Source of the DNA: Candidatus Saccharimonadota bacterium
GTDB taxonomy: Bacteria; Pseudomonadota; Gammaproteobacteria; Enterobacterales; Enterobacteriaceae
Length of the DNA stretch: 32,000 bases
Assembly: GCF_014857065.1 (NCBI RefSeq)
Contig: NZ_CP046533.1
Location: 60,001 to 92,000, forward strand
Reading direction: 5' to 3'
A model generated the notes under the pieces. The model made no database searches, was not told the origin of the DNA, and saw only the letters and a program-made list of their open reading frames with translations. Shown in pieces: positions 1 to 11,440 of this stretch. Both the position numbers and the translations under genes were made by a program. Numbering within the stretch: the first letter of the stretch is position 1; each line of letters begins with the position of its first letter.

Positions 1-290
1 ATCTTATTCTTTTACTTAATTTATTATTTGTATAGATATATATTGCTAATATATACAACATTGTGTTATTTAATGATATATATTGATCTAATAGTTGAAT
101 TTTTATTACTTTATAAGTATTTGAATTTGTAAATAATTGTATTTATTCAGTAATATATTCACTTAATATGTATGTACTATATTTTGTTATTTTCCTATGA
201 GTTGAATATATAATTGAAGAATGAAGTTTTTTTAGTCCAAAATATGTTTGGAAGTTTAAATTATTTAATTTTTTTTAGGTATTTATTATA

Positions 291-1679
291 ATGCAATTAT
301 CTTGTTTAACTGCTATTTCTCCTATCGATGGGCGTTATGCTGATAAAGTTGATTTGTTGCGTGATATTTTTGGCGAATTCGGATTATTTAAATTGCGTGT
401 ACAAATTGAAATACGTTGGTTACAAAAATTATCTTTTTGTGAAGAAATTAAAGAAGTTGCTCCTTTTCCAAAGGATGTTGATTCTTATTTGAATGCTATT
501 ATTGAAAATTTTAGTATAGAGGATGCCAAACATATTAAAGATATTGAATGTACATTAAATCATGATGTAAAATCTGTAGAATATTTTTTGAAAGAAAAGT
601 TTAATAATCAACCTATTTTAAAAAAAATGAAAGAATTCGTTCATTTTGCTTGCACTTCTGAGGATATTAATAATTTGGCTTATGCTATTATGCTTTCCTT
701 AACAAGAAAAGATATTTTGTTACCAATTTGGTATAATTTGATGAATGAAATAAAAACATTAGCAATTAATTATCGTGACATTCCTTTATTATCTAGAACA
801 CATGGACAACCTGCTACTCCATCTACATTGGGAAAGGAAATGGCCAATGTTTTTTATAGGTTATTTCGCCAATATAAAAAATTTAAAAAGATAGAAATAT
901 TAGGGAAAATAAATGGTGCTGTAGGTAACTATAATGCCCATATGATAGCTTATCCTGATGTAGATTGGCATAAAGTAAGTAAAGAGTTTGTTACATCTTT
1001 TAATATAAGTTGGAATCCTTACACTACTCAAATAGAACCTCATGATTATCTTGCTGAATTATTTAATTGTATATCATTATTTAATACTATTTTAATTGAT
1101 TTCATTCGTGATATGTGGGGTTATATTTCTCTTGGTTATTTTATTCAAAATTCTTCAGTTAATGAAATAGGATCTTCTACAATGCCGCATAAAGTTAATC
1201 CAGTTAATTTTGAAAATGCTGAAGGAAATTTAGGATTGTCAAATGTGATTCTGAATTATTTTTCATCTAAATTACCAATATCACGGTGGCAAAGGGATTT
1301 GAGTGATTCTACTGTATTACGAAATATTGGAATGTGTATTAGTTATTCTTTTATTTCTTATCGTTCCATCTTAAAAGGAATAAAAGAATTAACAGTTAAT
1401 AAAGATAAATTATTTTCTGAATTAAGTCTTCATTGGGTAGTATTGCTTGAAGCAATTCAAACGGTGATGCGGAAATATGGTATTATTGGTTCTTATGAAA
1501 TTGTTAAGGAATTCGTAGTTTGTAATAAATATATTGATCATCAAATAATACAATCTTTTATTGACTCATTAGAATTGCCAGATGAAGAAAAAAACAGATT
1601 AAAAATGCTCACTCCATCTAAGTACATTGGCTATTCTGTTGAGATGGTAGATAATTTAAATAAACAATATTTTAATTAA
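291..1679 (+). CDS. purB: adenylosuccinate lyase
   Basis: Full-length 462-aa ORF. The N-terminus MQLSCLTAISPIDGRYADKV...RWLQKLS is colinear with E. coli PurB (MELSSLTAVSPVDGRY...), and the conserved SSTMPHKVNP signature loop is present. Confidence 0.95.
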   Translation: MQLSCLTAISPIDGRYADKVDLLRDIFGEFGLFKLRVQIEIRWLQKLSFCEEIKEVAPFPKDVDSYLNAIIENFSIEDAKHIKDIECTLNHDVKSVEYFLKEKFNNQPILKKMKEFVHFACTSEDINNLAYAIMLSLTRKDILLPIWYNLMNEIKTLAINYRDIPLLSRTHGQPATPSTLGKEMANVFYRLFRQYKKFKKIEILGKINGAVGNYNAHMIAYPDVDWHKVSKEFVTSFNISWNPYTTQIEPHDYLAELFNCISLFNTILIDFIRDMWGYISLGYFIQNSSVNEIGSSTMPHKVNPVNFENAEGNLGLSNVILNYFSSKLPISRWQRDLSDSTVLRNIGMCISYSFISYRSILKGIKELTVNKDKLFSELSLHWVVLLEAIQTVMRKYGIIGSYEIVKEFVVCNKYIDHQIIQSFIDSLELPDEEKNRLKMLTPSKYIGYSVEMVDNLNKQYFN

Positions 1680-2284
1680 TAATTTCTGTGTTCTATTATA
1701 TGATAAATACTCAAATTAACATCTATTACTGATCTTTATTTAATTGTTTATATTTTAAAGTTGTTCATAAATAATATAAAATATTGTTTGTGAATAGTGG
1801 AATAGAATTTAATTAATCAAAATGTTTCAATGATGCGGTCATATGATTTTATGTTTTCATTAAATATCATCGAATATTTATAGAGATTGGTATGTATAAG
1901 GGGTATATAGAAAAGAATTGATTGGTGATTATGTGAATTAATAGTTAATTTATTTAGGTACATGGAGAAGTTCTTTAAATAAATTTGTAATTACTGATTC
2001 GGTCTAATAGTAACTTAATCGTGGACTTTTGATAAAAAAATAAAAATTAGTAAAATTAAAATTGTTTGTTACGTAAGGTTGTTAAATCTTTTTTATAATT
2101 CAGAATGAGTAAAAATGTTTATAATGTTACGAAAGCATTGAATATTATATCATTAATGAAACTTTATTAATATTTACAATTTTAAATAAACAAATAATAG
2201 ATTTTAAATGTTTATTAGAACAAATGTTCACAAGTACTTGATATTTGTTTTTATATTTTATGTCATTTAGGATAGATAAATATC

Positions 2285-2929
2285 GTGAAAGTGCATATGC
2301 TATATTGTTTATGTTTATTTTTATTGTGTTTTTGTACGATACATTCAAATAATAAAAAATATTTTTCTTTTCTACCAGATGTTAGTTCAAGATTTCTTAA
2401 CCCTTTAAATTCAAATATTAATTTATATGATGAATATATTTCTAGTTCAGCTAATGTCTATAAGATAGATAAATTTTTAATAAAAGCGATTATTAAAGTT
2501 GAATCTGGTTTTAATCCTACTGTAGTGAGTAAATCTAATGCAGTTGGTTTAATGCAAATAAAATCTTCTACTGCTGGACGGGATGCTTACAAAATGAAGG
2601 GTTGGCAAGGGGAACCTAGTATTCAGGATTTGAAAAATGCTTCCATTAATATAGACTTAGGTACTGCTTATTTGTCTATTTTACAGAAACAATTAGTTGG
2701 AATCAGTGATCCCAAAATTAAAAGATATGCTATAATAGTGTCTTATGTTAATGGTTTGAGTGCTTTGTTACATATATTTTCTTCTGATTTTGATTGTGCT
2801 ATTTCTAAAATTAATAAATTTACTTCAGAAGAATTTTATCAATATATTCAAGATTACCATCCATCTTTTCAAGCTCGAAGATATCTTTGGAAAGTAAATA
2901 TTGCTTATTTAAGTATATGTTCGAAATAA
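2285..2929 (+). CDS. emtA: endo-type membrane-bound lytic murein transglycosylase (EmtA/MltE family)
   Basis: The core IKAIIKVESGFNPTVVSKSNAVGLMQIKSSTAGRDAYKMKGWQGEP...YLWKV is colinear with E. coli EmtA, including the catalytic Glu in the ES-G motif. A hydrophobic N-terminal signal is present. The start is uncertain: GTG at 2285 or ATG at 2297. The lipobox is not canonical. Confidence 0.85.
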   Translation: MKVHMLYCLCLFLLCFCTIHSNNKKYFSFLPDVSSRFLNPLNSNINLYDEYISSSANVYKIDKFLIKAIIKVESGFNPTVVSKSNAVGLMQIKSSTAGRDAYKMKGWQGEPSIQDLKNASINIDLGTAYLSILQKQLVGISDPKIKRYAIIVSYVNGLSALLHIFSSDFDCAISKINKFTSEEFYQYIQDYHPSFQARRYLWKVNIAYLSICSK

Positions 2930-2945
2930 ACTAAAAAGATGATTC

Positions 2946-2964
2946 TTCTCTGTGAGAATTTTTT
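2946..2964 (+). terminator. weak candidate intrinsic terminator after emtA
   Basis: ttctc-tgt-gagaa (5-bp stem, 3-nt loop) followed directly by a T6 run, 17 nt after the emtA stop codon. The stem is short, so support is weak. Confidence 0.3.
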
Positions 2965-3314
2965 AAAGTTGTTTTGTTTATTTAGGAAAACTTAATGTTG
3001 TTGTGATAGACAAAGATTATATATTGAAAGGATTTTAATTTATATGATATAAAGGTTTGTTATGATATTTATTATTTGTTTTTAGAATTATGTTTTTATT
3101 TTATTTTTTAGTAATTTTTTATTTATTTTATATAGATTATTATTTTATATTACAAAGGTTAATGGTGTTTTACGTTTATTTGTGTGTATTTAAATAGATA
3201 CAATGCTATATCTTAAGAATACAGAAATCAATTTTTTACGTATTGCCATTTAATTTATGAACTTAATTTTAAAAGTATATGTTTTAAATGAATCGTGTTT
3301 ATAATCATAATTTA

Positions 3315-3977
3315 TTAGCTAGTTTTTAATATTTTATTTGTAGCTTCTGATATTTGTAAATTATATTCATTACATTCTAATCCAGGTATAGGGTTTAAAC
3401 TACAAATATTGCATGAATTGACTTGTTTACAAAAGTATAATTTTTTGTTATTTATATTTTTGTAATTGAGGTACGATACGGTACTTATTATTAAAATAGT
3501 AATTAACATTATAAATATAGTTAACATATATTTGTTAGTGTTTAGTTGAAAAACTGTTGTTTTGAAAGAAGTTAATTTAGAATGCTTATGTTTATCATTT
3601 GTTTTAAATGCAGAATGTGAATTTGTGTAATTTTCTTTTATCGTTTGAATAGTTAATTGATTGTTTAGTTTTAATCCACGTTTTGGAATTGTAATGATTG
3701 CTGAGATATTTAAGCCAAGTAAATTTAAATTTTTACGAATTACGCTAATTTGTTGATTTAGGTTTCCATTTGATGGTTCTAATCCATGGTTTTCCCAAAC
3801 TGCATAAAAAAGATGTTTTCTAGTAACTGGTTCTTGAGTATCTCGATATTTGATTAACTCTTCTAATACTTTACCGGCAGAATTAGATAATTTTATTGAC
3901 GTATTCATATCATTTATTAATGCTAAGTTATACTTTGTAGTGTCGAATATTATGATAGAATGTATGATGTATCTCAT
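3315..3977 (-). CDS. ToxR/CadC-like membrane-anchored transcriptional regulator (N-terminal OmpR/PhoB-type winged helix, one TM helix, short Cys-rich periplasmic tail)
   Basis: Residues ~10-105 (IIFDTTKYNLALIND..IKLSNSAGKVLEELIKYRDTQEPVTRKHLFYAVWENHGLEPSNGNLNQQISVIRKNLN...IITIPKRGLKL) follow the ToxR/CadC effector-domain pattern. That pattern is a ligand-less wHTH with a W in the recognition region, a basic RK wing and a T-P-KRG-Y/L-K/L C-terminal hairpin. A hydrophobic helix YMLTIFIMLITILIISTVSYL lies at aa 150-170. The ~50-aa tail has Cys at 183, 189, 192 and 202. The ATG is preceded by GGAG 8 nt upstream. The family call rests on pattern recognition, not a database search. Confidence 0.65.
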   Translation of the reverse strand: MRYIIHSIIIFDTTKYNLALINDMNTSIKLSNSAGKVLEELIKYRDTQEPVTRKHLFYAVWENHGLEPSNGNLNQQISVIRKNLNLLGLNISAIITIPKRGLKLNNQLTIQTIKENYTNSHSAFKTNDKHKHSKLTSFKTTVFQLNTNKYMLTIFIMLITILIISTVSYLNYKNINNKKLYFCKQVNSCNICSLNPIPGLECNEYNLQISEATNKILKTS

Positions 3978-4628
3978 TAATGTACTCCAATTTAATTTTA
4001 ATTAATGATATTAGTAAAATATTTATTGTTATTTAGGTAAAATGTTGTAAAGTTATATTTTTAATTTGTCTGATTTGTTAAAATATAAAACAATAAAAAC
4101 TGCACAGTTTAAATACCAATAAGATAGTTATAAAGTTTATTTATTGCAATGATTTTTGATACTTAATTTATTTTATTAAGAAATTTAGATATTCAAATAT
4201 TTAAAATAATTAACTTTTATGCTTTATTTGAATAATTTTCTTATTAAGATCTTATATGTTCATTTCAATTTAAAATTTATTTAAATAAATGTGTATTTTT
4301 CGTTCTTTTAAGTTTAATTTTGATTAAAAATTTAAATGTAAATTTGTTTTAACAAATTTTTTGTTGTTGATGAATTTATTTCTAGGTTTTGATTTGTTTG
4401 ATTTATTTATTAATGTAACAAAAGTGTCTAAATTTTCAGACTATTAAAATAAATATTATATGTTTGTGTATTATTTGGATTTAAATATTATGTTAATATT
4501 AGTAAAGGATATTCTTATTTTAGATATTTATTATGTTTTGTATTTTTTTGATTGATGTTTATTATGAATGGATAATTTTAATATTTTAAAATTTTTTATT
4601 GTATATTATTTATCGAATAAAATAACAG

Positions 4629-4847
4629 TCATCTGTTACGGAAAATTATTCTTCCTTTGCTCAAATCATACGGAGTCAATTCTAAGATTACTTTATCTCC
4701 CGTTAAAATACGGATATAATTTTTTCGCATTTTACCAGAAATATGTGCAGTAACAATGTGTCCATTTTCTAATTGAACACGAAACATAGTATTAGGTAAA
4801 GTGTCTAATACTATTCCTTGCATTTCAATGTTATCTTCTTTTATCAC
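4629..4847 (-). CDS. infA: translation initiation factor IF-1
   Basis: 72 aa, nearly identical to E. coli InfA ([62 protein letters not shown]). Confidence 0.97.
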   Translation of the reverse strand: MIKEDNIEMQGIVLDTLPNTMFRVQLENGHIVTAHISGKMRKNYIRILTGDKVILELTPYDLSKGRIIFRNR

Positions 4848-5097
4848 TATCGTTACTCTTTATGTATTTTAGTTTGAATGTTCAAACAACACTTATTGCC
4901 AAGCGACATACTTTCTAAAATATGTTTATTAAAATATTTTGTAAGTAAATATTTGACTTAAAGTTTCTTGTTTTTATAATTAAATTAACTTAATCAATTT
5001 TCCGTATTCTAATTTTTAGCAAATTGTGAATTATATCATAATAATGTTGTAATTATTAATAATATGTTAGAACAGTTATTTTATTTTTTTTCGATTT

Positions 5098-6132
<1,035 letters not shown>

Positions 6133-6405
6133 TTATATATTATTGATATGTTTTGTTATTTAAAATGATAATGATTTGTTGGTCAACCACCATTAATTGT
6201 TTTATAATATATTTAGTTTTAATTAGGTTTTATGTAAATTGTCAAGATAGATCTATATCTTGTGCTTTGTTTTTTAAATATTATACCCTAAATAATTAAA
6301 GCTTACATTAATTAAGTATAATAGAGTATAGTTAATAGATTTGATGTTTATTTTTTAATTTTATATGGAAATTAATAATTATATTAGAATTTATATCGGT
6401 GTATC

Positions 6406-8781
6406 TTGAAGTATTGTTTTTTATTCTCATTATTTTTTTTTGCTACCTATTTGGAAATATCATTGATTAGTTATGACTCCACTGATCCTAGTTATTTTCA
6501 ATCAACATGGCCCGTTTTAATTAAAAATGCAATGGGTAGTACTGGAGCTTTGCTTTCTGATTTATTGTTTTTTATTTTCGGCGTAACAGCATATTTAATT
6601 CCTTTTTTTATTATTTTTATTTCTTTGTTAATTTTTTCACAATCTTCCAGAATTAATTTTTTTGTTTTATCTTTTAAGGTTATTGGTATTTTAGCATTGT
6701 TATTATCTTCGTGCGGCTTAATAACAATAATGGTTCAAGAATTAGATAGCTTCAATTCAGGCGGTATTATTGGTACCATAATAAACGGTGTTGCTATGTT
6801 GTGGTTAAATAATTATGGTATTGTTTTATTTTTATTCTTAATATGGGTTATAGGTTTTACTTTATTTATTGATTGGTATTGTTTAGTTTTATTTCATAAA
6901 AAATTAAAAATTATTGTCGATTCTATATTTAGTATAGGTAGAAAATTTCTTAGCAAAAAAAACATTAATAGCTATTTTTTTTATTACAAATTATTTAAAA
7001 AACAGTTAGTAATAACATTTTCAAAACAAAATATAATACAATCAAAATTATTTTGTTTTCATACCCTGTGTTTATTTAAATCTAAATTAAACTCCATTTT
7101 ATGTAATACTATTAATAAAAATAAGATTTATACTCAAAATTCATATAGGTTAGGAATTTTACCCGAAATTAGATATTTAAGTTTTATTATTTCATATGAT
7201 AAAAGAAAAACTAATAGAATATTTTTTAATTCTCCGTTAATGTTTTCTTTGGCACAAACTACTAGTAGTTTGTGCCGGGAAAAACTTAATTTAAATTTTT
7301 TCTTTTATAATTTTTTGACAAAAGATCTATTTAGTTATAAGAATATTTTTTCTAGAATAACAGAATTCACTTATAGCATTTTTATATCATGTAGAAATGT
7401 TAATAGCAATATAATGTGTTTATCAAAAGATAAGCTATTTAGGGATAGTACATATAATTGTAAAAAGTTAAATGATAAAGAAGTGTTGTCATTCAATTCA
7501 CAACAGTGTGTAAATAATAAAAGACAACAACATCCTGTTAATAAGGTCCACTTAAAAAATAAAAATACTGATAATATGGATTTTTTGAATAAATTTGCAT
7601 TAACAATAGAATCTAAATTAGCTGATTATTGTATTAAAGCAACTGTTATGAATATTTTACCAGGCCCAGTTGTTACTAGATTTGAATTAAATTTAGCTCC
7701 TGGAGTAAAAGTGTCTCGCATTAATAATATTTCTTGCGATTTAGCACGTTCTTTATCTACAACTTCTATCAGGATTGTTGGAATCATTCCAGGCAAACCT
7801 TATGTTGGTTTAGAAGTACCTAACAATAGACGCCAAATAGTTCATTTTTGTGAGTTGTTAAATCATGATAAATTTCTTTGCGCTGTTTCTCCATTAACCA
7901 TAATTCTTGGGAAAAACATTTCTGGACAAATTGTTATTGATGATCTTCAAAAAATGCCTCATTTGTTAATTGCTGGAACTACAGGTTCTGGTAAATCGGT
8001 CGGAATAAATACTATAATTTTAAGTATTTTATATAAAACCACTCCATCAGACGTACGTTTTATTTTAATTGATCCTAAAATATTAGAATTGTCTGTTTAT
8101 GAAGGAATACCTCATCTTTTAACTAAAGTAATCACTAATATGAATAATGTTCATGAAATTTTATCTTGGTGTATTAGTGAAATGGAATATAGATATAAAA
8201 TAATGTCAATTCTAGGTGTTCGTAATTTAGTAAATTATAATGAATATATTTTGCAAGCTAATCATAAACATTGCCCAATAAATAACCCATTTTATAAATG
8301 TGACACAAGTCATGTTCAATCTTCCGAAAAAATTTTAAATAAATTGCCTTACATCGTAGTTATTATTGATGAATTTGCAGATTTAATAATGGTATCTGGA
8401 AAAAAAATAGAAGAATTAATTATTAGGTTATCACAAAAAGCTCGAGCTGCAGGCATCCATTTAATATTAGCAACGCAGCGACCTTCGGTGAATATAATTA
8501 CTGGAATTATTAAAGCAAATATTCCTGCTCGTATCGCATTTACTGTATCAAGCAAAGTTGATTCTCGCACCATACTTGATCAAAATGGTGCGGAAACATT
8601 ATTAGGCATGGGTGATATGTTGTATTTACCGGCTAATTCTTCTACTCCAATACGTATTCATGGTGCGTTTATACTTGACGAAGAAGTTCGAAAAATAGTA
8701 AATGATCATAAAAATTTGAATCCAGATATAAAAATTTATAAGGTTAAAAATAATGTTTATGTAAGAAATAATTCTTGTTAA
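6406..8781 (+). CDS. ftsK: DNA translocase FtsK (shortened: N-terminal TM domain, degenerate linker, alpha/beta motor; gamma domain absent)
   Basis: The N-terminal membrane domain matches E. coli FtsK (DPSYFQSTW...GALLSDLLFFIFGVTAYLIPFFII). The motor is conserved, with Walker A GTTGSGKS, Walker B VVIIDEFADL and ATQRPS. The ORF ends ~30 aa after HGAF..DEEV. The start is a TTG at 6406, the only start-like codon after the upstream in-frame TAG, so it is uncertain. Confidence 0.9.
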   Translation: MKYCFLFSLFFFATYLEISLISYDSTDPSYFQSTWPVLIKNAMGSTGALLSDLLFFIFGVTAYLIPFFIIFISLLIFSQSSRINFFVLSFKVIGILALLLSSCGLITIMVQELDSFNSGGIIGTIINGVAMLWLNNYGIVLFLFLIWVIGFTLFIDWYCLVLFHKKLKIIVDSIFSIGRKFLSKKNINSYFFYYKLFKKQLVITFSKQNIIQSKLFCFHTLCLFKSKLNSILCNTINKNKIYTQNSYRLGILPEIRYLSFIISYDKRKTNRIFFNSPLMFSLAQTTSSLCREKLNLNFFFYNFLTKDLFSYKNIFSRITEFTYSIFISCRNVNSNIMCLSKDKLFRDSTYNCKKLNDKEVLSFNSQQCVNNKRQQHPVNKVHLKNKNTDNMDFLNKFALTIESKLADYCIKATVMNILPGPVVTRFELNLAPGVKVSRINNISCDLARSLSTTSIRIVGIIPGKPYVGLEVPNNRRQIVHFCELLNHDKFLCAVSPLTIILGKNISGQIVIDDLQKMPHLLIAGTTGSGKSVGINTIILSILYKTTPSDVRFILIDPKILELSVYEGIPHLLTKVITNMNNVHEILSWCISEMEYRYKIMSILGVRNLVNYNEYILQANHKHCPINNPFYKCDTSHVQSSEKILNKLPYIVVIIDEFADLIMVSGKKIEELIIRLSQKARAAGIHLILATQRPSVNIITGIIKANIPARIAFTVSSKVDSRTILDQNGAETLLGMGDMLYLPANSSTPIRIHGAFILDEEVRKIVNDHKNLNPDIKIYKVKNNVYVRNNSC

Positions 8782-9000
8782 TTACTATCGTTGTAAGTAC
8801 ATTTTGTTAAAATATTAAATTTAATTTAAATAATTTAAAATCAGAATATTTAATATGGTGGTTATTTCCTAAAGTATTTAGAAATCTAGATCAAACATAA
8901 ATATCTAATGATATTATTTAATGTATAGAATAAACAGAATTTTCAGTCTTATTGATTTGGTTTTTTATTTTCATGTTATTTCAGAAGTGTATATTTTAAA

Positions 9001-9633
9001 ATGAGCGTTAAAATATTATGGTTAAAATATTTATTGTTAAGTTATTTATTTTCGTTTATATTATCAATTACATTAGTTTTTGCGTTAGAAAAAGAAGTTT
9101 ATGTGTTGCAAAATCGCCTTAAAAAGACAAGTAGTTTTTCTTCTGATTTTATTCAACGATTTATTGGCATTGATGGAGTTCTAATACAAGAAAGTTATGG
9201 AAAATTATGGATAAAGCGTCCTGATCTTTTTCATTTTCATTTTACGTACCCAGAAGATTTTTCTTTAATATCTAATGGGAAAATTATATGGTTTTATGAT
9301 CCAATAATTAATCAAGTTATTATTAATCATTTTGAAAGTATTGATAATTTACTATTTATTTTACTTATTAACGATCAAATTGATCATTGGGATAAATATG
9401 ATGTAAAACAAAATAACGATTCTTTTAACTTGATACCAAGATTTTATCATGAATATCTAAAAAATTTCAGTATTCTTATAGATTCTGATGGATTAATTCA
9501 AAATTTCTTAATTTTTAGACAAGATAGGCAGCGTGTTGAATATGAATTCAAAAATATACAGAAAAAATTAATAGATGATAGTAAATTTTCTTTTGTTGTG
9601 CCTAATGAAGCTGATATAGATGATCAGCGTTAA
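9001..9633 (+). CDS. lolA: outer-membrane lipoprotein carrier protein LolA
   Basis: 210 aa with a signal peptide. Colinear with E. coli LolA (SSF.A.F.Q......G.LW.KRP.LF..H...P.E..L.S.GK..WFY.P...Q... and the C-terminal DDQR). Confidence 0.9.
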   Translation: MSVKILWLKYLLLSYLFSFILSITLVFALEKEVYVLQNRLKKTSSFSSDFIQRFIGIDGVLIQESYGKLWIKRPDLFHFHFTYPEDFSLISNGKIIWFYDPIINQVIINHFESIDNLLFILLINDQIDHWDKYDVKQNNDSFNLIPRFYHEYLKNFSILIDSDGLIQNFLIFRQDRQRVEYEFKNIQKKLIDDSKFSFVVPNEADIDDQR

Positions 9634-9827
9634 GTGTTTTGCTTAAAGTTATAATAGATAAAATTATCTTAATATGTAAATTTTATTTAATCTTTGTAAA
9701 ACATTTGAAAAATTTTAGTTAATTGTTTGATCTTTATATTTGCTAATATGTTATTTATTGATTAATAAACATTTTGTTTTTAATTATAATATTTATTGAA
9801 TATCTAACTAATAGATTAAATTTATAT

Positions 9828-11120
9828 ATGCTTGACCCTAAATTATTACGAAATAATATTGATTTTGTTGCAACAAAATTAGCTCGTAGAGGATTTGCAT
9901 TAGATATAGAAAAATTACGTAATCAAGAAGAACGTCGTAAGTTTTTACAAGTAAAAATGGAAACTTTACAAGCTGAACGTAATATTATTTCTAAAAAAAT
10001 AGGTAAATTAAAATTATGTGAGGGTAATAGTAATTTTTTGCGTCAAAAAGTTAGTATTTTAAATAAAGATTTAAATTCCACTAAAATTGCTATCAATATG
10101 TTGTTAAATGAAATTAAAACTTACGCTTTGTCCTTACCTAATATTTTAGATGAACAAGTTCCTGATGGTTGTGGTGAAGGTGATAATTTAGAAATTTTAC
10201 GTTGGGGCAATCCTCGTTTTTATAATTTTGAGATACGTAATCATATAGAGTTAGGTCAAATAATTGGTGGATTAGATTTCTTAACTGCTGCAAAAATATC
10301 AGGATCTCGTTTTGTAATTATGTATGGACATATTGCTCATTTACATCGAGCTTTAATTCAATTTATGCTTCATGTACATACCAAACATCATGGATATCAA
10401 GAATATTATGTACCGTATTTAGTAAATAAAAGTTCATTATATGGAACTGGGCAGTTTCCTAAATTTTCTGACAATTTATTTCATATTCAACCATTTAAAG
10501 AGAGTAATCGTTTTTATACGTTAATACCGACTGCTGAAGTTCCATTAATTAATTTGTTAAATAATAAAATCCTTGAAGAAAAAGAATTGCCATTTAAAAT
10601 GACTTCCCATACCCCATGTTTTCGTGCTGAGGTTGGTAGTTATGGTCGTGATCGTCGAGGATTGATTCGCATGCATCAGTTTGATAAAGTGGAAATAGTA
10701 CAAGCAGTTATGCCAGCTCAGTCTATGAATGCTTTAGAAGAAATAACGAATCATGCGGAAAAAATTTTACAATTGTTAAATTTACCTTATAGAAAAGTAT
10801 TATTGTGTAGTAATGATGTAGGTTTTACTGCTTGCAAAACATATGATCTAGAAGTGTGGTTTCCATCACAAAATATGTATCGTGAAATTTCTTCCTGTTC
10901 TAATATTAGTGATTTTCAGGCAAGAAGAATACAAGCGCGTTATCGTGATAGAAAGAACAAAAAATTAGGATTATTACATACTTTAAATGCTTCAGGATTA
11001 GCTGTAGGACGTACATTAGCAGCTATATTAGAAAATTATCAATTACCAAATGGACGGGTAGAAATACCATTTGTATTACAAAAATACATGGATGGTTTAA
11101 AGCATATTGGTAGTGTTTAG
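9828..11120 (+). CDS. serS: serine--tRNA ligase
   Basis: Homology to E. coli SerS begins exactly at [10 protein letters not shown] (ATG at 9828). The class II motifs [28 protein letters not shown] and [18 protein letters not shown] are present. The ORF-track upstream extension from 9774 has no homology. Confidence 0.96.
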   Translation: MLDPKLLRNNIDFVATKLARRGFALDIEKLRNQEERRKFLQVKMETLQAERNIISKKIGKLKLCEGNSNFLRQKVSILNKDLNSTKIAINMLLNEIKTYALSLPNILDEQVPDGCGEGDNLEILRWGNPRFYNFEIRNHIELGQIIGGLDFLTAAKISGSRFVIMYGHIAHLHRALIQFMLHVHTKHHGYQEYYVPYLVNKSSLYGTGQFPKFSDNLFHIQPFKESNRFYTLIPTAEVPLINLLNNKILEEKELPFKMTSHTPCFRAEVGSYGRDRRGLIRMHQFDKVEIVQAVMPAQSMNALEEITNHAEKILQLLNLPYRKVLLCSNDVGFTACKTYDLEVWFPSQNMYREISSCSNISDFQARRIQARYRDRKNKKLGLLHTLNASGLAVGRTLAAILENYQLPNGRVEIPFVLQKYMDGLKHIGSV

Positions 11121-11440
11121 TTAAAGTTGAAGAGGATTAATTTGACTTAAAACATTAAATACAATGGTTATTTACATATTATTTAACTGTTATTAAATAT
11201 TTCAATTATTATGTATTTAATTTTTTAAAGTTAATTTGCTGATTTTACTTAATATTTATGTTACAATCGGAGCTTTGTATCTTTTTTAAGAGATATATTT
11301 ATGACAAGAAATTAGTATTCTGTTTTAATTTTATATGTTAATCGTCTATGATTAGATTTTTTACAAATCTTAAGGTTTGTGATGTTTGCGTATTTTATAC
11401 ATCTAACTATTAAATAAATCAAAATTATTTGTGTTAATTT

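Noticed and set aside
1680-2284. The 605-bp purB-emtA spacer might hold phoP/phoQ remnants, since these follow purB in E. coli. The 651-bp spacer at 3978-4628 might hold a tRNA-Ser or clpA remnant.
   Set aside because: Manual translation of the more GC-containing parts gave no recognisable PhoP-like motifs. No tRNA-like T-arm (GGTTCGAATCC-type) is present outside 31295-31368. A tblastx search would be needed to say more.
2145-2348. Short ORFs from the six-frame track: 2145-2348(-), 4568-4753(+), 8349-8573(-), 11724-11954(+), 14035-14220(+), 16018-16200(-), 21983-22171(-), 22107-22325(+), 23688-23945(-), 26729-26935(+), 27939-28166(+), 30574-30870(+).
   Set aside because: Each overlaps a strongly supported homologous gene in another frame or strand, or runs into its start. 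Each has low-complexity Ile/Phe/Leu/Asn-rich sequence and no recognisable family motif. They are treated as spurious.
4340-4359. AT-only palindromes that look like hairpins or terminators: aaatttgtt-tt-aacaaattt at 4340-4359, an AT-only ttttatata/tatataaaa palindrome in the 21335-21473 ubiX-autotransporter spacer, and a tttattt/aaataaa pair downstream of sufE (~31640-31680).
   Set aside because: They are composed entirely of A/T, so stems would be very weak. Such palindromes are expected by chance at this base composition. Their orientation does not match the ends of flanking genes.
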